Virus record (IMG/VR): IMGVR_UViG_3300045988_014288
Coordinates: 1-41,939 of that record
DNA length: 41,939 nucleotides
Strand: one strand, 5' to 3'
Origin: a virus
Under the pieces are notes generated by a model. It made no database searches, was not told where the DNA came from, and saw only the letters and a program-made list of their open reading frames with translations. The number at the start of each line of letters is the position of its first letter. Position 1 is the first letter of the stretch. The translations under genes were made by a program, and so were the position numbers. Positions 13,803-23,853 of the stretch are shown here, piece after piece.

Positions 13803-16655
13803 ATGGCTGCTGATGGCTCAGTCATTATTGATACCAGAATGGACACATCAGGTGTGCAAAACGGCGTATCAGCTATAAAACAGTCATTTAACGGCCTTGG
13901 AAGTGCTGTAAAAAAAATCGGTCTGCTGATTGGTGGAGCATTCGCAATTGGGAAACTGGCCCAGTTTGGGAAAGAGTGCGTAGAGCTTGGCTCTAATCTG
14001 GCAGAAGTGCAGAACGTGGTCGATGTTACATTTACAACCATGTCTGATAAGGTCAATGAATTTGCAAAGAATGCCATGACCACTGCTGGTCTGTCGGAAA
14101 CGATGGCGAAACAGTATGTCGGAACGTTCGGAGCAATGTCTAAGTCGTTCGGATTCTCAGAAGCACAAGCTTACGACATGTCAACAGCTCTGACGCAGCT
14201 GACTGGTGACGTAGCATCGTTCTATAACATCAGTCAGGACTTGGCTTATATCAAGCTGAAATCAGTGTTTACGGGCGAAACAGAAACACTCAAGGACCTC
14301 GGCGTGGTAATGACCCAGTCGGCACTTGACCAGTATGCACTAGCTAATGGCTATGGCAAAACCACATCCGCCATGAGCGAACAGGAGAAAGTTGCCCTCC
14401 GTCTGGCTTTTGTACAGAAGCAGTTATCAGCTGCATCTGGTGACTTTATCCGTACTTCTGATAGCTGGGCAAACCAGGTCAGGGTAATGCAGTTACAGCT
14501 ACAATCTCTCAAGGCAACAGTTGGACAGGGATTGATTAATATTTTTACACCTGTGCTGAAAGTTATTAATATCTTATTAGGTAAGCTGGCAACTCTGGCG
14601 AATGCCTTCAAGTCATTTACGGAGTTAATCACCGGGAAAAAATCTTCTGGTCAGACAGGTGCAAGCGGCGCAGGCCTTGCCGGGACAGATGCAATAGCTG
14701 ATACGGCAGATCAATATGGAAATGCTGCCGACAATGCCGAAAAGCTGGCAGATGCAACAAATGATACAGCGGACGCAACTAAAAAAGCTACTAAAGCGGC
14801 AAAAGGATATCTTAGTCCTCTTGACGAAATAAATAATTACTCAACGGATAAAAGCACAGATTCATCGTCAAAAGTACCGGGCGCAACCGGCGGACTTGCA
14901 GATCAGATGAAAGATGCTGTACAAAATGTTGATTATGGAAAATTGGCAGAGGGTGAGACAGCCCTTGACAAAATTAGCAAATCAGCTGAAAAGCTCGCGA
15001 AGCTCCTTAAAAAGCTCTGGAAGCCATTTCAGGACGCTTGGAAAAAAGAGGGTAAGAATACTATTGATGCGGCACAGATTGCTCTATCTGGAATTGCGAA
15101 GCTTGCTAAGAGTGTAGGCAGGAGTCTCATGGAAGTCTGGACAAACGGTACAGGTACGACAATGCTTACAACCATGCTAAGGATTGCTCAGAACGTGCTT
15201 AAAACTATTGGGAATATTGCATCCGGTTTTGCCGATGCGTGGAATAAGAACAATGTCGGAACGCAGATTATACAGAACATCGCAGATGCTCTTGTGGTGG
15301 TTATGCAGTTCATTGAGAGGATTGCCGCAGATACGGCAACATGGGCGGCGAACCTCAATTTCTATCCGCTACTGGAATCTATCAGTAATCTGACGGCAAC
15401 CTTTGCGCCGATTCTGGAGGCAATTGGAAACGTGCTGGAAGGAATTTACAATAATATCGTCCTTCCGATGCTTAAATGGGTGATTGAGACAGGACTTCCG
15501 ACAGTAATTAATTTGATTTCTGGTCTGCTTGATTTTTTTGCTCAGCATCAGGCTATCGTTGAAGCATTTGGTGCAGCATTAATCGGTGCGTTTGCAGCAG
15601 TCAAAATCGCAGGATTAGCAAAGAGCATTGTTGGAAGCATTACGATTATTGTGGATTTTGTGAAAGGGCTTATTGCTCTTATGACAGGTTCCGGAGGGAT
15701 TATTGGCGGAATTAAAGCCATCGCGGTAGCGATTGGCCCGGGAGGAATATTTGCTATCGCTATTGCAGCTGCTATAGCTGTTGGCGTATTGTTATACAGG
15801 AACTGGGACGAAATATGCGCGGCAGCAACAAAATTAAAAGACTGGGTTGTTGAAAAGACTCGTGAATTGTCAGAATCAGCAACACGTACATTAAGCAATT
15901 TGAAAGAAAAGATAGCTAATGTTTGGAATATTATTAAAACATCAACATCTACTACTTGGAACGCAATCAAAAAGACACTTTCTGGCCTTTGGAACTCTCT
16001 TAAATCCACAGCCAGCACAGTATTTAATGCAATTAAAACCAAAGTTACTGGCATTTGGGATAAAATAAAAGGCAAGACATCTCGAACATGGGAAAGTGTT
16101 ACTACTTTTATATCTACTAAGGTCGAAGCGATAAAAACCGCTATTACTGATAAGTTTAATGCTGCCAGAGATGCAGTCAGATCTGCATTTGAAGGTATTG
16201 TGGGTTTTATTAAAGCTCCGATTAATCAGGCAATCAGCATTGTTAATAATGCAGTTGGGATGATTAATAATGCAATTGGTGGAATTGAATCTGCATTTTC
16301 TTTTGGTCCATGGGATGTGCCTACGCCATTCGGAACAAAGAGAATCGGTTTTCATGCAACATTTCCACGTGTCGGAACTATCCCATATCTGGCCAGTGGC
16401 GCAGTTATTCCGCCAAGGTCAGAATTCCTTGCGGTATTAGGTGACCAGAAAAAAGGAAATAACCTGGAAACACCGGAAAGCCTGTTACGGCAGATTGTTC
16501 GGGAGGAGTCAGGGAAAGGACAGGAAGGTGGAAATACCTATAATGTTACAGTCAACGCATCTGGCAGAAAATTGTTAGATATTATCATTGATGAAGCAGA
16601 GCTTAGGAGACGCAGAAATGGCGGTCAGAATCCATTCTTGTTAGGAGGTGTGTAA
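13803..16655 (+). CDS. tape measure protein
   Basis: 950 aa, RBS TAGGAGGTGG. Ala/Gly-rich helical protein with a central hydrophobic block and W-x-x-IK repeats. Confidence 0.9.
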   Translation: MAADGSVIIDTRMDTSGVQNGVSAIKQSFNGLGSAVKKIGLLIGGAFAIGKLAQFGKECVELGSNLAEVQNVVDVTFTTMSDKVNEFAKNAMTTAGLSETMAKQYVGTFGAMSKSFGFSEAQAYDMSTALTQLTGDVASFYNISQDLAYIKLKSVFTGETETLKDLGVVMTQSALDQYALANGYGKTTSAMSEQEKVALRLAFVQKQLSAASGDFIRTSDSWANQVRVMQLQLQSLKATVGQGLINIFTPVLKVINILLGKLATLANAFKSFTELITGKKSSGQTGASGAGLAGTDAIADTADQYGNAADNAEKLADATNDTADATKKATKAAKGYLSPLDEINNYSTDKSTDSSSKVPGATGGLADQMKDAVQNVDYGKLAEGETALDKISKSAEKLAKLLKKLWKPFQDAWKKEGKNTIDAAQIALSGIAKLAKSVGRSLMEVWTNGTGTTMLTTMLRIAQNVLKTIGNIASGFADAWNKNNVGTQIIQNIADALVVVMQFIERIAADTATWAANLNFYPLLESISNLTATFAPILEAIGNVLEGIYNNIVLPMLKWVIETGLPTVINLISGLLDFFAQHQAIVEAFGAALIGAFAAVKIAGLAKSIVGSITIIVDFVKGLIALMTGSGGIIGGIKAIAVAIGPGGIFAIAIAAAIAVGVLLYRNWDEICAAATKLKDWVVEKTRELSESATRTLSNLKEKIANVWNIIKTSTSTTWNAIKKTLSGLWNSLKSTASTVFNAIKTKVTGIWDKIKGKTSRTWESVTTFISTKVEAIKTAITDKFNAARDAVRSAFEGIVGFIKAPINQAISIVNNAVGMINNAIGGIESAFSFGPWDVPTPFGTKRIGFHATFPRVGTIPYLASGAVIPPRSEFLAVLGDQKKGNNLETPESLLRQIVREESGKGQEGGNTYNVTVNASGRKLLDIIIDEAELRRRRNGGQNPFLLGGV

Positions 16656-17033
16656 ATGGCACAGGAGCAGTTTAAGATTGACGGGGTCATTATAAAGGCC
16701 CCTGACGCATACAAGCCGGTGTTCGCAACTACATCAACGGAAAGCTCTAAGAGAAGCCAGGACCTTGTTATGCATAACACGCCAATGGGAACTATTGCCG
16801 GATATGACATGGAATGGGGCGAGCTTAAATGGGGAGAGATTGCAACGATTCTCAACTCTATGATTAATAAAAGCCAGTTTACTTTTCATCATAAAGACCC
16901 TCGGACGCCCGGCAAATGGATTGACAAAACGTTCTATGCATCTAATTTCAACATGGCAGCGCAAACGCTCAAAGATAATGAGGAACGATGGACAGGATTA
17001 ACTATTAATGTAAGGAGCATTCGACCGGTATGA
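16656..17033 (+). CDS. putative short distal tail protein
   Basis: 125 aa immediately after the tape measure, RBS TAGGAGGTG. Assignment rests on position only. Confidence 0.45.
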   Translation: MAQEQFKIDGVIIKAPDAYKPVFATTSTESSKRSQDLVMHNTPMGTIAGYDMEWGELKWGEIATILNSMINKSQFTFHHKDPRTPGKWIDKTFYASNFNMAAQTLKDNEERWTGLTINVRSIRPV

Positions 17034-20000
17034 TTAATGTTACAAATCAGTTAAAAACAGAATCTCTCTCAAATAGTAACTATTATGTTACGGCGAATGC
17101 GGTGCTGCGTGATGGGACAACTTTAAGCCTGGAAAAAGAAGATTTTTACCTTGACGGAAACGGCATTGTAGATTCTTCTGATTCCGGGGACTTCCCGATA
17201 GGTGTAGCCATTGAAAAAACAGCAACATTGGCACTGGTCAATGATGATGATAGGTTCTCTGACTACAACTTTGCCGGAGCACAGTTTACTCTATTCTTAA
17301 ATTTGAAATTGTCTGATAGATTGGAAACCATTCGCCGTGGCACATTTATTGTGTCGAAAAAGCCCGCCACGTCCGATGAGATTAACCTTACTTTGTTGGA
17401 CTATATGAGTAAGGCGGAGGCGGACTACAAAACGAATCTTGTCTTCCCATGCTCTGCAGGAGAGGTTTTAGAAGATGCCTGTCAGCAGACCGGGATTGTA
17501 TTAGGTGACGCAACATTTAAAAACGCAGACTATCAGGTGCAGAATAAGCCGGAAAACACCACTTTTAGAGCAGTAATCGGTATGGTTGCGGCTCTGGCAG
17601 GCGGCAACGCTCGCATTGATGAGAATGATAATTTGCGAATCATCACTTTTAACGATGGTGCGGACACTATCACATTAGAAACAGTTCCATGGTATGACGT
17701 TAATGGAAGCACTATCCTTGACGTTGGAAGTAACGAGATTGAGACAGTTCTTGAGCGAAAAGGATTTAATCTAAATGCTATCAGGAATCTTACCTATGAT
17801 GTCGATGACGTGGTTGTTACTGGGGTCAAATATACAGATAATGAAACAGAATATAAGTACGGTACAGACGGATATGTCATCACGATTGACAACAAGCTTC
17901 TGAGTGGCAATGAACAGGCAGGCATTGACCTGATTGGAAAAGAACTTGTCGGTATGAGATTAAGACCGTTCTCTTGCGACAGCACAGCGATTGGATATGC
18001 CACATTTGGAGATAGAGTTACATTTTCCGACATTAAAGGCAATATTTACTATTCATATCTGACAGATGTAGACTTCGCATTCTCTGGCAGCACAAGTTTT
18101 TCTTGTAATGCAAAAAGCATGGAGGATATCAATGCTGACTATCCAGACAGCATGCAAGTCGAGGTTGACAACATAAAGAAAGATTCTGAGAAAAAGATTA
18201 CTGCCTATGATGCAAAATTAAAGCAGATGAACGAACTGGCAGCCAACACCCTTGGGTTTTACTATACAGAAGAAATCCAGTCAGATGGATCCACGATATC
18301 ATACCGGCACGACAAACCCACACTTGCTGATTCTAAAGTAATCTACAAGACGGGTGCTGATGGATTTTTCTTGTCAGTAGACGGAGGCCAGGCTTGGAAA
18401 GCCGGATTTGATAGTAACGGTGACGCTGTGTTGAATATCCTTTATGCGATTGGCATACAATCTGATTGGATCAACGCAAGAGGATTCACGGCAAAAGACA
18501 ATGACGGGAACATTACGTTCCGTATTGACGCAGAGACAGGGGCTGTCAATCTTAATGCCACAGAGCTTACAATTAAAGGGAAGACGCCTGAGAACGTGGC
18601 AAATGCCGAGGTTGAGAAGTTCATTACAGAGGTGTATTCTCCGCAGATTAAGGTTCTTCAGGAGCAGATTGACGGGCAGATAGAAGCATTCTTTGGAGAC
18701 TATGTTCCTGATAGTAACAATGAACCGGCATCCACTTGGACAGATGATACAACTAAAAAGAAACACTTAGGTGACCTGTTTTACATCGTAAACAACGAAG
18801 AATATGGCGGACAGGCTTACAGATATGCAAAGATCAATGGCGAATACAAGTGGGACTATGTAAAAGATACTGCAGTGGTTAAAGCTCTGGCAGATGCGGC
18901 AAAAGCTCAGGGCACAGCGAATGTAAAGAAAAGAATATTTGGAGCGGAACCAGTGCCCCCTTACGACATTGACGATTTATGGGTTCAGGGAAAGGTCGGG
19001 GACATCCTTAAATGTCAAAAGGCAAAGGCAGAAGGCGCAAGCTATGACGCCGATGACTGGGTGAGAGCATCTAAATATACAGATGATTCTACAATCACAG
19101 CATTTATCAAAGGCGTTTTTGCTGATACAATCGAAAGTCTTCAAGAGCAGCTTGATGGTAAGATTCAGACCTGGAGTCAGGATACAGACCCGGCACTTGA
19201 ATGGACAGAAACAGAAGAGATTCCGTGGGCAGATGCTGGCGGTAATTCTATTCTGGATGTAGACGGAAATGAGATTTTAATTGTCTGGGAAAAAGGCAAA
19301 TATATCCACAAAGGAGACCTTTGGCAGAACACCTCGGGTGGCAACACACGCTGGCGATGGGATGGCAGTGAATGGGTCGAGCAGAAAACACCGGATTATC
19401 TGTTTGATAAGATTGACGGTAAAGCGGCAGTCTATTTTGAACAGCCAAAGCCACCGTATAACATGGGGGATTTCTGGATCACATCAAAGGCAAATGGTGA
19501 AGCCTCTATCAAAACAGCAGTCAGAAGCCGAGTGGACGGTGCATTTACTGACACTGACTGGATTGATTTCAAATATGTGGACAAAACCGACATTGATAAT
19601 GCGGTCAAGGAGTATGATACAAGTCTTGGTCAGGACGAGGTATTTAATAAGCTGACAAACGGCGGTGAAGACCAGGGAATTTATATACAGGATGGGAAAC
19701 TGTATATTAATGCAAATTACATCCTTGCAGGACTTTTAGCGGGCAAATTTATCAATGCTAAAGGCATAAAGGTTATTGATAAGGACAACCAAACAACTTT
19801 ATACATTGATGATAGCGGGAAAGTTCATATTCTTGCCACCGAATTTTCTTTGCAGGGCAAGAGCGTATCCGATATTGCCACGGATGCGGCTACGGAAGAA
19901 GCGAAGAAGTACAAAACTCTGAATGTAATGTTATCGAATGAGTATCAGAGTATTCCAACAGACTCCGCAGGCAACTATACAACGTTCCCTGATTGCAAAA

Positions 20001-21370
20001 CGACAGTAACGGCATTATACGGTGATGAAAATGTCACAAGCAGTGCAACTATAACATTTACTGCCGGAAGTGGTGTTGCAGGTTCAAAAACAGGGGCAAC
20101 GTATACAGTAACTAAGCTTACGAGTGACATAGGAACTGTTGCGGTTAATGTTTTGTATAACGGTCTTTCTGTAGAAAAACAGTTTACTATTGCAAAGCAG
20201 AAGCAGGGAAGTACCGGAAACGGAATCTCCAAAATTACGCAATATTACCTTGCTTCTTCAAATTCATCGGACGTGACGACGTCCACATCAGGTTGGACGG
20301 AAACAGTGCAGACACCGACATCATCTGAAAGATACTTATGGAATTATCAGACGACCACATATACGGACAAAACAACTGTAAATACTACTCCACATGTAAT
20401 TGGTGTATATGGTGAAAGCGGTAAGGATGGGAAAGACGGCAAAGACGCATCAGATATGACTCAGTTGGATATCTTTAACAAATTAACCAACAACGGGGAA
20501 ACGCAGGGACTATATCTTTATGACAACAAGGTATATCTGAATGCCTCGTATATTGACACCGGGTTTCTGGCTGGATGGAAAGTTGGATATAAAAATCTTT
20601 CAGCAAGTGGCACGTATGGAGAGGTAACGCTAGACGCTTCAGCTGGAGAGATCTATTCAGAGACGAATACAGGGGTATATGTGCCGGGGTACGGGACATT
20701 GTATGGAACACGAATTAGAGGAATCGATCTTTATACAGGAACTGTACACGCAAACTCGGTCTCGGTTGACACCAGCGTTTCAGCGGACAGTGTTTCAGCA
20801 TCAAAAAAAATTAAAGCAGGTACACATGTAGAAGCCAGCGGACACTTTTACAGCATTGGCACAGGCACCGACCTTGCAGATTTAAGTGTGCGCGGAACAA
20901 AGAAGAGGATTTTTCCAACAAAAAACTATGGCACACAGGCGTTTTATTGCTACGAAATGGCGTCCCCCATGTTTGGAGATATCGGAGAAGCGTCCATATC
21001 AGAAGACGGCACATGCCTGATAGACATAGATGATATATTCCAAGAGTCTACGAATGTAGGTATTGAATATTATGTATTTTTGCAAAAAGAAGGGGATGGA
21101 GATTGTTGGATAGACCAAAAAGAGCAGACATATTTCACTGTAAAAGGTACTCCAGGGCTTAAATTTGCATTCGAAATTAAAGCACGACAAGCTGACTATG
21201 AACACATGCGATTTGCTGATGCGAGCGAAACGGCTTACGATAGGGCAATAGACACAGACATGCCAGAGCCAGACTACAGTGAAAGCCTTGAAGTATCAGA
21301 ACCAGATTATGAAAAAGAACTTTTTAGTGACAGGGAAAAAATTATTGACGAAATGGGGAGAATATCATGA
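17030..21370 (+). CDS. tail tip / tail-associated (Tal-like) protein fused to a fibre, putative receptor-binding protein
   Basis: 1446 aa. The N-terminal ~370 aa resemble prophage tail (gp27-like) domains. Also has internal duplicated FNKLTN-G-E-QG-Y...Y-NA-YI...G-LAG modules, GDLW/GDFW repeats and a GKDGKDGKD collagen-like stretch. Confidence 0.75.
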   Translation: MINVTNQLKTESLSNSNYYVTANAVLRDGTTLSLEKEDFYLDGNGIVDSSDSGDFPIGVAIEKTATLALVNDDDRFSDYNFAGAQFTLFLNLKLSDRLETIRRGTFIVSKKPATSDEINLTLLDYMSKAEADYKTNLVFPCSAGEVLEDACQQTGIVLGDATFKNADYQVQNKPENTTFRAVIGMVAALAGGNARIDENDNLRIITFNDGADTITLETVPWYDVNGSTILDVGSNEIETVLERKGFNLNAIRNLTYDVDDVVVTGVKYTDNETEYKYGTDGYVITIDNKLLSGNEQAGIDLIGKELVGMRLRPFSCDSTAIGYATFGDRVTFSDIKGNIYYSYLTDVDFAFSGSTSFSCNAKSMEDINADYPDSMQVEVDNIKKDSEKKITAYDAKLKQMNELAANTLGFYYTEEIQSDGSTISYRHDKPTLADSKVIYKTGADGFFLSVDGGQAWKAGFDSNGDAVLNILYAIGIQSDWINARGFTAKDNDGNITFRIDAETGAVNLNATELTIKGKTPENVANAEVEKFITEVYSPQIKVLQEQIDGQIEAFFGDYVPDSNNEPASTWTDDTTKKKHLGDLFYIVNNEEYGGQAYRYAKINGEYKWDYVKDTAVVKALADAAKAQGTANVKKRIFGAEPVPPYDIDDLWVQGKVGDILKCQKAKAEGASYDADDWVRASKYTDDSTITAFIKGVFADTIESLQEQLDGKIQTWSQDTDPALEWTETEEIPWADAGGNSILDVDGNEILIVWEKGKYIHKGDLWQNTSGGNTRWRWDGSEWVEQKTPDYLFDKIDGKAAVYFEQPKPPYNMGDFWITSKANGEASIKTAVRSRVDGAFTDTDWIDFKYVDKTDIDNAVKEYDTSLGQDEVFNKLTNGGEDQGIYIQDGKLYINANYILAGLLAGKFINAKGIKVIDKDNQTTLYIDDSGKVHILATEFSLQGKSVSDIATDAATEEAKKYKTLNVMLSNEYQSIPTDSAGNYTTFPDCKTTVTALYGDENVTSSATITFTAGSGVAGSKTGATYTVTKLTSDIGTVAVNVLYNGLSVEKQFTIAKQKQGSTGNGISKITQYYLASSNSSDVTTSTSGWTETVQTPTSSERYLWNYQTTTYTDKTTVNTTPHVIGVYGESGKDGKDGKDASDMTQLDIFNKLTNNGETQGLYLYDNKVYLNASYIDTGFLAGWKVGYKNLSASGTYGEVTLDASAGEIYSETNTGVYVPGYGTLYGTRIRGIDLYTGTVHANSVSVDTSVSADSVSASKKIKAGTHVEASGHFYSIGTGTDLADLSVRGTKKRIFPTKNYGTQAFYCYEMASPMFGDIGEASISEDGTCLIDIDDIFQESTNVGIEYYVFLQKEGDGDCWIDQKEQTYFTVKGTPGLKFAFEIKARQADYEHMRFADASETAYDRAIDTDMPEPDYSESLEVSEPDYEKELFSDREKIIDEMGRIS

Positions 21371-21567
21371 AAAAAATTCTTACAAGTTTTATGAATCTTA
21401 GCACTGGAGAGGGAAGCCGTATTGCTTATACCTATTCTGAGGTAAACGAGGAAACGGGGGAAGTTGTCAGCCAGAACAACAAAGGCAATTTTCTCGTACT
21501 GGATGATGATATACAGGCTCATCTTGATGCAGTTAAAAAATATATTCGAGACAAACATTTAGCATAA
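21367..21567 (+). CDS. hypothetical small protein (66 aa)
   Basis: ATGA overlap with the tail gene. Soluble, with no TM segment. Confidence 0.55.
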   Translation: MKKILTSFMNLSTGEGSRIAYTYSEVNEETGEVVSQNNKGNFLVLDDDIQAHLDAVKKYIRDKHLA

Positions 21568-21580
21568 GGAGGAAATAGTC

Positions 21581-22045
21581 ATGCCAAAATGGACAGATTA
21601 TACGACAAAAACAGACCCGGTGGACAAGGATGAAGTAATGATTCTTGATACAGCAGGCAAAGCAAACAAACGTCTTGGCCTGTCAGCACTTTCAGATTGG
21701 ATTTTGAACAAACTTACAGCTAAAGTTTTTCAGAAGCTTGAAACAAATAGCAAAACGGTCCTGGGGGCGATTAATGAATTAAATAGTAAAAGCCCGTTTC
21801 TGGTTACTGAAGGAATAGACACAACCACAGATTTGAATACGCTTATATATAGCGGATTACAACCGAAAATCTATGGAAAAGCGTGCCCTAACTCACCAGG
21901 GACTGGATGCTTTATACTAAATTTAAAAGCATCTGGAAATGGCACTTTAGGAATAACTCAGATTGCTATAGGATATATAAATAGCAGTTTATATCTACGT
22001 AACAGTGATTTAAGTCAGTGGTCACAATGGAGTAAGATCTTATAA
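21581..22045 (+). CDS. tail fibre tip-like protein (pyocin knob-like C-terminus)
   Basis: RBS TAAGGAGG. N-terminal W-x-D-x(n)-D-x-x-x-I-x-D motif and C-terminal LNTL...Y...N-P...Q...R...WS-W pattern, as in knob-domain proteins. Confidence 0.5.
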   Translation: MPKWTDYTTKTDPVDKDEVMILDTAGKANKRLGLSALSDWILNKLTAKVFQKLETNSKTVLGAINELNSKSPFLVTEGIDTTTDLNTLIYSGLQPKIYGKACPNSPGTGCFILNLKASGNGTLGITQIAIGYINSSLYLRNSDLSQWSQWSKIL

Positions 22046-22088
22046 CATAATCTATGAAGGTGTCGCAAAAATCATTAAAGGAGAAACT

Positions 22089-23507
22089 ATGGAAATTAAA
22101 GGTATTGACATATCATCTTATCAGGGCAAGCCAGACTGGGCGAATGTGGCTAAATCCGGCATTAAATTCGCCATTTTAAGAATCCATCAGAAAACAGGCG
22201 TTGATAGCTCATTTGAGTACAACTACAAAGGATGTAAGAGCAACGGAATCCTTATCGGTGGGTACAAATATTCTTACGCTCTGACACCGGCACAGGCTAT
22301 TGGCGAGGCGGAAGATGTGATTGCCGCACTGAACGGGCGTGGACTGGACTTCCCAATGTTCTACGACCTTGAGTGGTCTAATCAACGAAAACTCGGCAAA
22401 CAGGCGATTGAGAACATTGCAGTCGCATTTCTGACCAGGATGAAGAAAGCTGGTTATAAAGTCGGCATCTACTGCAATCTTGATTGGTACAATAACGTTC
22501 TGTCAGATACTCTGAAACAGTATGATTGTTGGATTGCTCGTTATCCGGCTAGTGATAATGGCTCTGTACAGGAAAGATTACGTCCGAATGTCGGTGTAGG
22601 CTGGCAGTATTCCAGTAGAGGAAAAGTATCTGGCATCAGTGGCAACGTTGACATGGATGTATTCTATAAGGATTACAAAGAGGAGGTTTCTGCAATGGAC
22701 AAAGCTATTGAAAAAGTGATTCTCATTGCAAAAAATGAGATTGGATACCTTGAAAAGAAGAGTAATAGCCAGCTCGACAGTAAGACTGCAAACTCCGGTT
22801 CGAACAACTATACGAAGTACTGGCGAGACATTAAGCCTTCATATCAAGGACAGCCTTGGTGCGCAGCATTCGTGAGTTGGTGCTTTATGGAAGCATTCGG
22901 ACAGGAAAAGGCAAAAAAACTGTTGAAGCACTGGCCTTATGTTTACTGCCCAACGCTCGGCAATCTGTTCACAAGGAATGCTAATCCAAAGATTGGCGAT
23001 ATTGTAATCTTTTATCGTAATGGAACTTTTGCCCATACTGGCATCGTAACGGCCGTGATCGGAGACAGATTCTATACCATTGAGGGAAATACTTCTGGTG
23101 CATCTGGAATTATTGCAAATGGTGGCGGTGTCTGCGCAAAGAGTTATCTTAACAGCCAGATGCCCGGAACTAAGTTCTGTACACCAGATTATAATATTGC
23201 ATCTGATGCATCTGTACCCGCAAAATCTGAAAATGCATTGCCTAATACCGCACAAACAGGAGAGAAATATATGTTTAATCCAGAAACAGTAAAAGCAGGA
23301 GATAAAAACACATCTGTGCTCCTCTTACAGGAAATTTTAAGAGCCAGAGGCTTTAAAGGCAAAAATGGCAAAGTCCTGAAACTTACATGGACAGCAGATT
23401 CAAACACGATTTATGCTCTGAAAGCTTATCAGGAATCCAGAAAAGAAGTTCTGGAAGTGGATGGTATTTGCGGATCTGCTACTTGGAAAGATTTGATTGC
23501 TATATAA
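22089..23507 (+). CDS. endolysin: GH25 muramidase + CHAP + PG_binding_1 domains
   Basis: N-terminus GIDISSYQG...DFPMFYDLEW (GH25). Middle EIGYLEKKSN...GQPWCAAFVSW...HTGIV (CHAP Cys/His). C-terminus VLLLQEIL...DGICGSATWKDL (peptidoglycan-binding). Confidence 0.9.
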   Translation: MEIKGIDISSYQGKPDWANVAKSGIKFAILRIHQKTGVDSSFEYNYKGCKSNGILIGGYKYSYALTPAQAIGEAEDVIAALNGRGLDFPMFYDLEWSNQRKLGKQAIENIAVAFLTRMKKAGYKVGIYCNLDWYNNVLSDTLKQYDCWIARYPASDNGSVQERLRPNVGVGWQYSSRGKVSGISGNVDMDVFYKDYKEEVSAMDKAIEKVILIAKNEIGYLEKKSNSQLDSKTANSGSNNYTKYWRDIKPSYQGQPWCAAFVSWCFMEAFGQEKAKKLLKHWPYVYCPTLGNLFTRNANPKIGDIVIFYRNGTFAHTGIVTAVIGDRFYTIEGNTSGASGIIANGGGVCAKSYLNSQMPGTKFCTPDYNIASDASVPAKSENALPNTAQTGEKYMFNPETVKAGDKNTSVLLLQEILRARGFKGKNGKVLKLTWTADSNTIYALKAYQESRKEVLEVDGICGSATWKDLIAI

Positions 23508-23511
23508 AATA

Positions 23512-23543
23512 TCCCGGGGTTAATTCCCCGGGAACTTTATTTA
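23512..23543 (+). terminator. intrinsic terminator after the late operon
   Basis: Perfect 8-bp GC stem tcccgggg / ccccggga with loop ttaatt, followed by a T-rich tract. Confidence 0.65.
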
Positions 23544-23585
23544 TAAACATATTTAGTATCATTTCGGACGTTTTGGACTGTTGTC

Positions 23586-23853
23586 GTTAGACACACGTTA
23601 GTCACAAATAAAAATATTGTTTCCTAATATAATAGTGGCAAAAACACTGTATTTACAGGCGTTTGCGCAATTTTCTAAATTCTATTTGTTAGTCACAAAC
23701 AATAAAATTAGAATAATGAAAATGAAATGTGGGAAATCCTTGCAAAATCGCTAAAAACGTTGATTTTAATAGGGTTTCCAGCATTTCAATAATGATAATT
23801 CGGTTGTTTTAGAAAGATTAAAATGGGTTCCGTTAGTCACAGTTAGTCACAAA
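23586..23853. repeat. attP-like region with four perfect plus one degenerate direct copies of GTTAGTCACA (putative integrase arm-type sites)
   Basis: Perfect copies at 23597, 23688, 23832 and 23842. Degenerate GTTAGACACA at 23586. The last two overlap the 3' end of int. Confidence 0.6.

Noticed and set aside
13691-16355. Several 93-175-aa antisense ORFs inside the tape measure gene (13691-14083, 14351-14632, 15548-16075, 15942-16355)
   Set aside because: They are fully embedded antisense to a long, well-supported gene. They lack RBSs and have low-complexity translations typical of the complement of Ala/Gly-rich coding sequence.
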